Shown here: positions 52,603 to 61,117 of the stretch, one piece after another | Numbering within the stretch: the first letter of the stretch is position 1 | How the letters are laid out: each line of letters begins with the position of its first letter | Source: Nitrospira sp. | Lineage (GTDB): Bacteria > Nitrospirota > Nitrospiria > Nitrospirales > Nitrospiraceae | DNA length: 61,117 nt | Assembly: GCA_029879905.1 (NCBI GenBank) | Contig: JAOUPN010000001.1 | Location: 1-61,117 of the forward strand | Direction of reading: 5' to 3' | The notes under the pieces: generated by a model | Told to the model about the DNA's origin: nothing | What the model saw: the letters and a program-made list of their open reading frames with translations, nothing else | The model's database searches: none | Program-made: the position numbers and the translations under genes

Positions 52603-53437
52603 CATTGAAGAACACGTACGGGCTCTCGGCGAGATCGAGGGGATCATGGGCGCGATGAAAAGTCTTGCGCTGATGGAAAGCCGTAAACTCAGTCGGGTTC
52701 TCCCTGCGCAGCTCCGCGTCGTCGCCGACATCGAAGCCGCCGGCCGGGAATTCCTGTCGTTCCACCCTGACATGAGCATCGAGTACGCGAGCCACGATTT
52801 GTATCTGGTCATCGGGGCAGAGCGTGGATTTTGCGGTGAATTCAATGGTCGCGTGTTGTCGGCGTTGGATCGGCATCTTGAGGCGATCAAGGCCAAGGAT
52901 CCGGTGCTGATCGTCGTGGGGCAAAAACTTCTGCAACGGGCCGAACAACGCAAACGCACTGTATCGTTTGTGGAGGGTCCCGCTATCGCGGATGAGGTGC
53001 CGTCGGTGCTGATACGGGTGATTGACCGATTGCGAGAATTCGCAGCGGGGGATCACGGAGGAGCCAGACCGTCGGTGACCACTGTGTATCATGATGCGGT
53101 GGCAAACGAGATCGTGATTCGTCCGCTCAGGCCGTTTCAACAGACCCATCCCCTATCGAACAAACAACCAATTCACCCGTTGCTGACACTTCCGCCTAAG
53201 GTATTTTTTGATCAACTGATTGATCTGTATCTCTTTTCGCATTTGCATGCGATTTTCTACGATGCCTTGCTGGCGGAGAGCCGCGCTCGCTTGGCGCATT
53301 TGGACTCGGCCCTCCAACGTCTCGAGCGGAATCGTGCCGGCCTTCAACGAAAACGAAACGTACTGAGGCAGGAGGAGATTACGGAAGAGATCGAGGTATT
53401 GATGTTGAGTAACCATGTCAAGTCTCCTCAACGATGA
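52586..53437 (+). CDS. atpG: ATPase gamma subunit
   Basis: [36 protein letters not shown]. Confidence 0.92.
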   Translation: MTKRRDIEEHVRALGEIEGIMGAMKSLALMESRKLSRVLPAQLRVVADIEAAGREFLSFHPDMSIEYASHDLYLVIGAERGFCGEFNGRVLSALDRHLEAIKAKDPVLIVVGQKLLQRAEQRKRTVSFVEGPAIADEVPSVLIRVIDRLREFAAGDHGGARPSVTTVYHDAVANEIVIRPLRPFQQTHPLSNKQPIHPLLTLPPKVFFDQLIDLYLFSHLHAIFYDALLAESRARLAHLDSALQRLERNRAGLQRKRNVLRQEEITEEIEVLMLSNHVKSPQR

Positions 53438-53449
53438 ACAACGGAGGTC

Positions 53450-53638
53450 ATGATGCCGAAAGATCCTGTCTGCCTCATGGAGGTGGATGAACAGTCGGCG
53501 GCCGGACAGATGATGTATAAAGACACCATGTATTATTTCTGCATGTCGGGATGCCGGGAGGCTTTCGAAAAAGATCCCGAACGGTATCTTCCGAAGACCG
53601 TCGACCTTTTAGGAAGGACGATCCCTCCGGATCGATAA
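53450..53638 (+). CDS. YHS domain protein
   Basis: KDPVC.MEV, YYFC..GC...F..DPERY. GGAGGT RBS. Confidence 0.9.
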   Translation: MMPKDPVCLMEVDEQSAAGQMMYKDTMYYFCMSGCREAFEKDPERYLPKTVDLLGRTIPPDR

Positions 53639-53644
53639 CGGTGC

Positions 53645-54664
53645 ATGTCCATCATTCGGCAGGATCCCACCACAAAAGAATGGGTCATCATCGCCGAGGA
53701 GCGGATGCAACGGCCGCATGAGTACAAGACCCTGGAGGCGGGCCGCCGACACATCATCCCCGATGGACTCTGTCCGTTCTGTCCTGGTCATGAGGCGTCC
53801 ACCCCGGAAGAACTGTTCAGGATCACCGACCTTAAAGGAACCGGCTGGACCGTGCGGGTCACGTCCAACAAGTTTCCCGCACTGAGTTCGACGGGTCGGC
53901 TGGAGCGGCATGGAGAAAGTCCCTTATTCCGGGAATTGGACGGAGTCGGCGCTCATGAGGTGATCATCGAAACACCGGAGCATGACCGTCAATTACCCCT
54001 GATGACGGATCATGAAGTCGTCGATGTACTGACGGCCTATCGGACGCGATACCACGCGTTGATGCAAGATCCACGGCTCAAATACATCATCCTCTTTAAG
54101 AATCATGGCGAGAGGGCAGGGACGTCGCTGGTGCATGCTCATTCACAGTTGGTTGCCACACCGGTCCCGCCCATGACGCTTCGCCGAAAGTACGAGGTGG
54201 CGATCGCCCATTACGATGATACCGGCCGGTGCTTGTATTATGATGTCGCGGAAGAAGAGCGAAAGGCCAAGAATCGGGTGATTCTGGAAACCGATCGGTT
54301 TCTGGTGTTTCACCCCTTTGCGTCACGGGTTCCGTTTGAAACCTGGATCATGCCGAAACGGCATCAACCATCGTTCGGGCAGGTCAATGAAGAAGATCTG
54401 TGTGCGTTAGCCACAGTATTGAGACGAACATTGCGCGCCTTGTACGACCGGTTGGGCGATCCGGACTTTAATTACATGATCCATAGTGCGCCGACCGAAG
54501 ACGAAAACAAAGAGTATTATCTCTGGCACATTCAGATTCTGCCTCGACTTACGGCCATTGCCGGATTTGAGCTGGGGTCGGGTATCTATATTTCATCGAT
54601 GTCGCCCGAGCAGTCTGCAGCCGTGATGAGAGAATCTCCTCGGACATTGTCCGGTGAGAGCTGA
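53645..54664 (+). CDS. galT: Galactose-1-phosphate uridylyltransferase family (HIT) protein
   Basis: R.DP...EWVIIA.ER..RP, CPFCPG.E, NKFPAL, FKNHG..AG.SL.HAHSQ, AGFELG.G. Confidence 0.9.
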   Translation: MSIIRQDPTTKEWVIIAEERMQRPHEYKTLEAGRRHIIPDGLCPFCPGHEASTPEELFRITDLKGTGWTVRVTSNKFPALSSTGRLERHGESPLFRELDGVGAHEVIIETPEHDRQLPLMTDHEVVDVLTAYRTRYHALMQDPRLKYIILFKNHGERAGTSLVHAHSQLVATPVPPMTLRRKYEVAIAHYDDTGRCLYYDVAEEERKAKNRVILETDRFLVFHPFASRVPFETWIMPKRHQPSFGQVNEEDLCALATVLRRTLRALYDRLGDPDFNYMIHSAPTEDENKEYYLWHIQILPRLTAIAGFELGSGIYISSMSPEQSAAVMRESPRTLSGES

Positions 54665-54687
54665 TTCTGAGAAAGAAAGGAGCGACG

Positions 54688-55941
54688 ATGCTTCCGAAAA
54701 TCTCCGTCAGCCGCCGGTGTTCGGCTATTCTGGCCAACATTGAAAACTATCGAATGCTGCTGAGCGATGAGCTGAGCGAAGAGCTGACGACCCTTGCGCA
54801 TGAGTTGCGGGATGTCCGGATCTGTCATCTGAATTCGACGGCCTTCGGAGGCGGCGTCGCCGAGCTCCTGTCGCGATATTTACCGATGTTGCAGGCCTTG
54901 GGCGTATCGGCGGACTGGCGATTGATCCACGGCCAAACGGAATTCTTTACGGTCACCAAGGCGTTTCACAACGCCCTACAAGGCGGGCACTATGCGTTGG
55001 GGGATAAGGAGCAGAGTCTGTATCTCGATGTCAACGAACGAAGCGCCGAAGCCTTGGACGACGGGTACGATGTCTATATTGTGCATGATCCCCAACCGGC
55101 GGCGATCAGGCACTTCGCGGGGACTCGCGATGCGAAGTGGATTTGGCGTTGTCATATCGATAGTTCGTCTCCCGATGAACAGGTAAACGGATTTCTTCGC
55201 CCGTACTTGGAAGAATTTGATGCGGTCGTCTTCACGATGCCGGAATTCCTGTTGCCTGGTCTGCGGACCCATCGCGCGGCATTCATTGCTCCGGCGATCG
55301 ATCCCTTGGCGACCAAGAATATGGAGCTGTCTCAGGATCTCTGCCGCCGTGCGATCGCAGATTCCGGGGTGGATCCAAACAAGCCTCTGCTCGTCCAGGT
55401 GTCTCGATTTGACCCGTGGAAGGATCCGTTGGGCGTGATCGAAGCCTACCGTCTGGTGAAGAAAGAAATACCGGATGTGCAGTTGGCGTTGATCGGCGCC
55501 ATGGCCGGAGACGATCCGGAAGGGTGGGAATTGCTCGATCGTGTAGAGGAAGCGGCATCGGATGATAAGGACATGTTTGTGTTTACGAATCTAGCCGGCG
55601 TCGGCAGCATGGAAGTGAATGTCTTTCAGCGCAGTTGTGATGTCGTCATTCAGAAGTCCCTCCGTGAGGGGTTTGGGCTGGTTGTTTCGGAAGCATTTTG
55701 GAAAGAAAAACCCGTCGTGGCCGGTCATGCCGGCGGTATTCCGATGCAATGTCCGGAAGGATTCGAGGCCAATTTGGTCCATTCGGTCGAATCCTGTGCG
55801 GAGCGGATCATTCATTTGCTGGCCCGTCCCGGTGAGCGAGGGGCTTTCGGACGAGCAGGACGCGAACATGTCAGGCGTCATTTCTTGCTGCCAAGACTGG
55901 TGCGTGACGAACTGCGATTGATCAAGCAACTCGTTCAGTAG
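54688..55941 (+). CDS. treT: TreT-type trehalose synthase (GT4)
   Basis: NSTAFGGGVAELL, FF.VTK.FHNALQG, HDPQP, WRCHID, QVSRFDPWKD, QKSLREGFGL. Confidence 0.88.
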   Translation: MLPKISVSRRCSAILANIENYRMLLSDELSEELTTLAHELRDVRICHLNSTAFGGGVAELLSRYLPMLQALGVSADWRLIHGQTEFFTVTKAFHNALQGGHYALGDKEQSLYLDVNERSAEALDDGYDVYIVHDPQPAAIRHFAGTRDAKWIWRCHIDSSSPDEQVNGFLRPYLEEFDAVVFTMPEFLLPGLRTHRAAFIAPAIDPLATKNMELSQDLCRRAIADSGVDPNKPLLVQVSRFDPWKDPLGVIEAYRLVKKEIPDVQLALIGAMAGDDPEGWELLDRVEEAASDDKDMFVFTNLAGVGSMEVNVFQRSCDVVIQKSLREGFGLVVSEAFWKEKPVVAGHAGGIPMQCPEGFEANLVHSVESCAERIIHLLARPGERGAFGRAGREHVRRHFLLPRLVRDELRLIKQLVQ

Positions 55942-56045
55942 ATACCAGTTCGTTGAATCATCTCATGTGGGCCGAATGAAGCCTCTTGCATTCGCGTCGA
56001 CATGTAGACATGCTGACTCAAAGGAGCCCTGTGAAGGAGGAGCCC

Positions 56046-58463
56046 ATGCAGGTTGCCGCGCAACGGCTACAACTGGTGAAATGGTTCGAGGACCTCGGCA
56101 TCGAAGACGTGTCGTCGGTCGGAGGTAAGAACGCATCGTTGGGTGAAATGTATCGTGAGTTGGCAAGCAAGGGGGTTAATGTGCCCAACGGCTTCGCCGT
56201 GACCGCGGATGCGTACCGTGTGTTCTTACGAGAAGCCAAGCTTGACGGTGTGATCAGAACCATTCTCGAAGACCTTGATACCCATAAGCTGGATAACCTC
56301 CGCCAGCGTGGGAGGCAGGTGCGGCAGGCGATCCTCGGCGCCACGTTTTCGCTCGAGTTAGCTGAAGCGATCACTGAAGCGTATGATCGCTTGAGTGACG
56401 GGTATGTCGATCCGGTGGATGTCGCGGTCAGGAGCAGTGCCACTGCGGAAGACCTGCCGGATGCGAGCTTTGCCGGCCAGCAGGAAACCTACCTCAATGT
56501 ACAGGGGCATTTGTCTCTGTTGGAACATTGCAAGCGCTGCTTCGCGTCGCTCTTTACCGACCGGGCCATTTCCTATCGAGTCGATAAGGGATTTGATCAT
56601 TTCAAGATTGCGCTGTCTATCGGTGTGCAACGCATGGTGCGATCGGACCTGGCGACATCGGGCGTCATGTTCTCTATCGACACGGAGACCGGGTTCCGTG
56701 ACGCGGTGCTGATCAACGCGGCCTATGGGCTTGGCGAGAACGTCGTGCAGGGATCAGTGAATCCGGATGAATATTACGTGTTTAAGCCGACCCTGAAACA
56801 GGGGTTTCGTCCCATCTTGCAGAAATTGTTGGGGACGAAAGAATTAAAGATGGTTTACGATATCGGCGGCGGCAAGATGATCAAGAATGTCCCTGTTCCT
56901 CCGGAGGAGAGAGCCACGTTCGCCGTGACGGACGACGACATCCTGACCCTGGCCCGCTGGGCCTGTATCATCGAGGACCATTACAGTGCGAAGCGGGGCG
57001 CCCCGAGCCCCATGGACATGGAATGGGCAAAGGATGGCCTGACCGGAGAACTCTTCATCGTACAGGCTCGCCCCGAGACGGTTCAATCACTGAAGAAGGG
57101 GCAGGTGCTGGAAACGTATCGGCTTGAGGAACGAGGACCGGTGTTGGTTGAGGGAAGAAGCATCGGGGAGAAGATTACCCAGGGCCCGGTACGGGTCATC
57201 AAGACTGTGGAACAGATCCAACAATTTCAAGCCGGCGAAGTGTTGGTAACTGATAAGACTGATCCGGACTGGGAACCCATCATGAAGAAAGCCCAGGCGA
57301 TTGTCACCAATCGCGGCGGGCGGACCTGCCATGCCGCGATCGTCAGTCGTGAATTGGGGTTGCCGGCCATTGTCGGAACGGAACATGCCACTGACCTGCT
57401 TCACGATGGACAGATCGTGACGGTGTCCTGTGCGGAAGGTGAGCGAGGCGTTGTGTATGAAGGGCGGATCCCCTTCCAGGTCGAGAAAGTCGATGTTAAA
57501 GATCTTCGTCGTCCCAAGACCAAGATCATGATGAACGTGGGAAGTCCGCAAGAAGCCTTCGGGCTCTCCTTTATTCCGAATGACGGGGTCGGTTTGGCAA
57601 GAGAAGAATTCATCATCAGTACTTCTATCAAGGTGCATCCCTTGGCACTGCTGGATTTCGACCGGATCGAAGAGCAGGTACTCAAGGATGAAATCAACCG
57701 AGTCACGACGGGGTACTCGGACAAGGCCGCATTCTTTGTCGACAAGCTGGCACAGGGGGTCGCGATGATCGGGGCGGCCTTCTATCCAAGTGACGTAATC
57801 GTCCGGCTGAGCGACTTCAAGAGCAATGAGTACGCCGACTTGATCGGCGGACGTCGTTATGAGCCGCGGGAAGAAAATCCTATGATAGGGTTCCGAGGCG
57901 CGTCACGGTATTACGATCCACGTTACCGCGAGGGATTTGCCCTTGAATGCCGGGCCATGAAGCATGTCCGGGATGTCATGGGTCTGACGAACATCAAGCT
58001 CATGATTCCGTTTTGCCGCACCGTCGAGGAAGGGCGGCGCGTGTTGGCTGAGATGGAGCGTCACGGATTGAAGCGGGGAGAGAACGGCCTCGAAGTGTAT
58101 GTGATGTGCGAAATCCCGAGCAACGTGATCTTGGCGGACGAATTTGCCGAGATCTTTGACGGGTTTTCAATCGGGTCGAATGATCTCACGCAACTGGTGC
58201 TCGGGGTGGATCGCGATTCGGAGATCGTGGCCCATCTCTTTGACGAGCGGAACGACGCGGTGAAGAACATGGTGGCGACCGTGATCAAGGCAGCCAAGGC
58301 GAAGGGAAGAAAGATCGGCATTTGCGGGCAGGCGCCGAGCGACTATCCGGAATTCGCCCAGTTTCTCGTTGAGCAAGGCATCGACAGCATATCCTTGAAC
58401 CCGGATGCGGTCGTCAAAACGACGATGACAGTGCTGGAACAGGAGTCACGTCTCGCGCGATGA
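56046..58463 (+). CDS. ppsA: Phosphoenolpyruvate synthase (pyruvate, water dikinase)
   Basis: VGGKNASLGEM, VRSSATAEDLPDASFAGQQET, GGRTCHAAIVSRE, DGFSIGSNDLTQL. AAGGAGG RBS. Confidence 0.96.
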   Translation: MQVAAQRLQLVKWFEDLGIEDVSSVGGKNASLGEMYRELASKGVNVPNGFAVTADAYRVFLREAKLDGVIRTILEDLDTHKLDNLRQRGRQVRQAILGATFSLELAEAITEAYDRLSDGYVDPVDVAVRSSATAEDLPDASFAGQQETYLNVQGHLSLLEHCKRCFASLFTDRAISYRVDKGFDHFKIALSIGVQRMVRSDLATSGVMFSIDTETGFRDAVLINAAYGLGENVVQGSVNPDEYYVFKPTLKQGFRPILQKLLGTKELKMVYDIGGGKMIKNVPVPPEERATFAVTDDDILTLARWACIIEDHYSAKRGAPSPMDMEWAKDGLTGELFIVQARPETVQSLKKGQVLETYRLEERGPVLVEGRSIGEKITQGPVRVIKTVEQIQQFQAGEVLVTDKTDPDWEPIMKKAQAIVTNRGGRTCHAAIVSRELGLPAIVGTEHATDLLHDGQIVTVSCAEGERGVVYEGRIPFQVEKVDVKDLRRPKTKIMMNVGSPQEAFGLSFIPNDGVGLAREEFIISTSIKVHPLALLDFDRIEEQVLKDEINRVTTGYSDKAAFFVDKLAQGVAMIGAAFYPSDVIVRLSDFKSNEYADLIGGRRYEPREENPMIGFRGASRYYDPRYREGFALECRAMKHVRDVMGLTNIKLMIPFCRTVEEGRRVLAEMERHGLKRGENGLEVYVMCEIPSNVILADEFAEIFDGFSIGSNDLTQLVLGVDRDSEIVAHLFDERNDAVKNMVATVIKAAKAKGRKIGICGQAPSDYPEFAQFLVEQGIDSISLNPDAVVKTTMTVLEQESRLAR

Positions 58464-58515
58464 GGTATCGGGATGGAAACAGGCTGAAAGGGATTGCCGG
58501 AAGGCGAGCGCAGGC

Positions 58516-59541
58516 ATGGTAGGGCCCTTGTTCATTGCCTGGGTGCTCTTTCTGGCAAGTGGGGCGGTGATTGTCTACGCCGGATCCAAATTGTCTCACT
58601 ACGGAGATCGGATCGCCGATCTGACCGGATTGGGGGGACTATGGATCGGCGTCGTCCTCATGGCGGGGGCCACGTCGTTGCCGGAGATTTTCACCGATGT
58701 CAGCGCGGCGTTGATCGATGCGCCGGACCTGGCGGTGGGGGACCTGTTCGGCAGCAATATGGCCAATATGCTGATCCTTGGCATTATCGATCTTGTTCAT
58801 CGGCAAAAGCGAGTCTGGCAACAGGCTGCATTTGAACATGCCTTGAGCGCCGGCTTGGCGATGTTTCTGACGAGCCTTGCGGCTTTTTTCATCCTTCTGG
58901 GACAGGATGTCAAACATATCGGTATCGGGGCGGGCAGCGCAGTCCTGTTGCTGTTTTACATTCTAGGCATGCGCCTCATTTTTCGGCAGGAGGCTGTGAA
59001 ACGGCGTCAGCGTGAGCAAGAAAAGGTCGTTGAAGCCCAAGAGGGTGAAGAGGACAAGGGACCGAGCAAGCGCGATGGGTTGAGGCGAGCTTTCCTCGGG
59101 TTCGGACTGGCGGCATTGGGGCTCTTGATCGCGGCGCCGGTACTTGCCGGTTCGGCGAATCAGATTGCCGAACAATCAGGGGTATCGAGCGGCTTTGTCG
59201 GCACCTCCCTCGTGGCCATTGCCACGTCGCTTCCAGAACTTGTGACGGCGTTAGCCGCTGTCCGGCTTGGAGCGTTTGATCTCGCGGTCGGCAATCTGTT
59301 CGGGAGTAACGCGTTCAATATGGCGGCATTCTTCTTCGTGGATGTGGCGTATCAACAGGGCTCACTCCTCAATGTCGTATCGGATGCCCATGCCATGGCC
59401 GCTCTGTGGAGTGTGTTGCTGATGAGTACGGCACTGATGGGTATCATTTATCGTGTGGAAAAACGGTATATGCTGATTGAGCCGGACAGCTTCGTGATCA
59501 TCATCGGATATTGCCTGGGTCTTTGGTTGTTGTTTCAGTAG
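58516..59541 (+). CDS. Ca2+/cation antiporter (CaCA, YrbG-like)
   Basis: Two alpha repeats: ATSLPE...G.LFGSN. Confidence 0.9.
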   Translation: MVGPLFIAWVLFLASGAVIVYAGSKLSHYGDRIADLTGLGGLWIGVVLMAGATSLPEIFTDVSAALIDAPDLAVGDLFGSNMANMLILGIIDLVHRQKRVWQQAAFEHALSAGLAMFLTSLAAFFILLGQDVKHIGIGAGSAVLLLFYILGMRLIFRQEAVKRRQREQEKVVEAQEGEEDKGPSKRDGLRRAFLGFGLAALGLLIAAPVLAGSANQIAEQSGVSSGFVGTSLVAIATSLPELVTALAAVRLGAFDLAVGNLFGSNAFNMAAFFFVDVAYQQGSLLNVVSDAHAMAALWSVLLMSTALMGIIYRVEKRYMLIEPDSFVIIIGYCLGLWLLFQ

Positions 59542-59584
59542 CACGAGATTTACCGTCACTGACATATGTTGATCTGATTACGCC

Positions 59585-61117
59585 GTGGGAATCCTGCTTA
59601 CTCCACAATCTGCATCCGTTGGTTCATCCCCTGTCGCATCCCCGACATGGCATCGGCTGTCCAGCGAGGAGGTCGCGCACCGGCTCGGAGCGGACCTGAC
59701 GATCGGACTGAGCCGTGATGAAGTCGACCGTCGTACCGAGGAATACGGAGCGAATGAAATTCTTGAACGCCCGCCGCGGCCTCCATGGCGCATGCTCCTC
59801 GATCAGTTCACCGACTTCATGATCCTGGTCTTAATCGGGGCGGCGATCATTTCCGGAATTATCGGGGAACCGGCTGACGCTCTCGCGATCGTCGTGATTG
59901 TCCTCTTAAACGGAGCAATCGGTTTCGTTCAGGAGTATAGGGCCGAACGGGCCATCGCTGCGCTGAAACTGCTTGCGGCGCAGTCGGCTCGGGTCAAGCG
60001 CGATGGTGAAACGACCATTGTTCCGGCTATCAGGCTTGTTCCCGGAGATTTGGTGTCGGTCGAAGCGGGTGACGTGCTGCCGGCGGATCTGCGCCTTGTC
60101 GATGCCGCAAAGTTTAAGGTGGATGAGGCTGCGTTGACTGGCGAATCGGTGCCGGTGGAAAAACGGACGAACCCGCTTGGTGAGGAGGACTTATCCCTGG
60201 GGGATCGGTTGAACATGGGCTACAAAGGGACCTTAGCCACCTATGGGCGCGGTACTGGCGTAGTTGTGGCAACAGGGATGTGCACGGAACTAGGGAAAAT
60301 CGCTGCACTGTTAGAAAAGCAGGAGGTGCTCAAGACCCCTCTGCAACGGCGGCTGGCCGTGTTCGGTCGGCGACTTGCGATCGCGGCCTTGGGGATTTGC
60401 GGGATTATCTTTATTGTTGGGCTTCTACGAGGTGAATCAGCTGTTCTGATGTTCTTGACGGCGGTGAGCCTTGCGGTTGCGGCGATTCCGGAGGCCCTAC
60501 CGGCCATCGTGACGGTTGCACTGGCTCTGGGGGCTCGGCGTATGGTCAAGAAACGAGCGTTGATTCGCCGATTGCCCGCCGTCGAGACGCTGGGATCGGT
60601 CACCTATATCTGTTCAGATAAGACCGGTACGCTTACGCAGAACAAGATGCGGGTCGAAGTGCTCTTTGCCGATGGGCGAATGGATTCGGATGTCGTGCGG
60701 CTCGGATCCTATGACGGGCCGTGGCCTCACTTGTTCAAGGCAATGGCGTTGAGCAACGATGCCGTCAAGAATCAGGACGATCGGCTGATCGGTGACCCGA
60801 CGGAAACGGCGCTGTATCTTGCAGCAGAAGAGGCAGGTGTCAGTAAAAAGGAGTTGCTGGACACCATGCCGCGGCTTGCGGAATTACCATTCGACTCGGA
60901 CCGCAAACGAATGACGACCTTCCATCGCAGGGACGAAGAGGTCGTCGCTTTTACTAAAGGCGCACCGGAAGCGGTACTGGCGTTGTGTGACAAGGCTTTG
61001 GTCGGAGATGTGTCCGGATCAATCGACCAGGAGGCCCTCGCAAAACAGGCCGAGACGATGGCCTCGGAGGGGCTGCGGGTTCTGGCGGTAGCCTGTCGGG
61101 ATTGGATGATAGTTCCG
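59585..61117 (+). CDS. Cation-transporting P-type ATPase (type II-like), truncated by the window end
   Basis: Read by hand: WH.L, YG.NE, QEYRAE, DEAALTGES, AAIPEALP, ICSDKTGTLTQN (D at 60617), GDPTE, KGAPE. First possible start is GTG 59585. Confidence 0.93.
   Translation, partial: MGILLTPQSASVGSSPVASPTWHRLSSEEVAHRLGADLTIGLSRDEVDRRTEEYGANEILERPPRPPWRMLLDQFTDFMILVLIGAAIISGIIGEPADALAIVVIVLLNGAIGFVQEYRAERAIAALKLLAAQSARVKRDGETTIVPAIRLVPGDLVSVEAGDVLPADLRLVDAAKFKVDEAALTGESVPVEKRTNPLGEEDLSLGDRLNMGYKGTLATYGRGTGVVVATGMCTELGKIAALLEKQEVLKTPLQRRLAVFGRRLAIAALGICGIIFIVGLLRGESAVLMFLTAVSLAVAAIPEALPAIVTVALALGARRMVKKRALIRRLPAVETLGSVTYICSDKTGTLTQNKMRVEVLFADGRMDSDVVRLGSYDGPWPHLFKAMALSNDAVKNQDDRLIGDPTETALYLAAEEAGVSKKELLDTMPRLAELPFDSDRKRMTTFHRRDEEVVAFTKGAPEAVLALCDKALVGDVSGSIDQEALAKQAETMASEGLRVLAVACRDWMIVP

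Overview
61 kb of bacterial chromosome of moderately high GC. Gene content and repeat style suggest Nitrospira (inference, no search run). From left to right: (i) the 3' end of a group II intron; (ii) comF, an ABC ATPase, class 1A pyrD, an ABC permease, two Zn-peptidases, an HDOD protein, an orphan ZorA/ZorB-like stator pair and a PAS hybrid kinase; (iii) a decayed accessory stretch next to tRNA-Met, with secreted repeat proteins, IS3 relics, a nonsense-interrupted DUF2235 hydrolase and a RelE/HTH toxin-antitoxin pair; (iv) ion-homeostasis genes (K+ channel, MscS, CPA1), DUF2934 proteins, a PAS kinase/NarL pair and acs; (v) a relic of a large HExxH-type exoprotein gene whose open frame fully contains an intact antisense FKBP-like lipoprotein gene with its own promoter and RBS, the most unusual structure here; (vi) a >19 kb plus-strand cluster behind a sigma54 site, resembling low-oxygen islands: 2-oxoacid oxidoreductase with a GltD-like module inside its delta subunit, BCAM0308, an N-type ATPase operon lacking the Na+ ligands, galT, treT, ppsA, a CaCA antiporter and a P-type ATPase cut by the window end. 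No rRNA or CRISPR array seen. All family calls come from motif recognition by eye.
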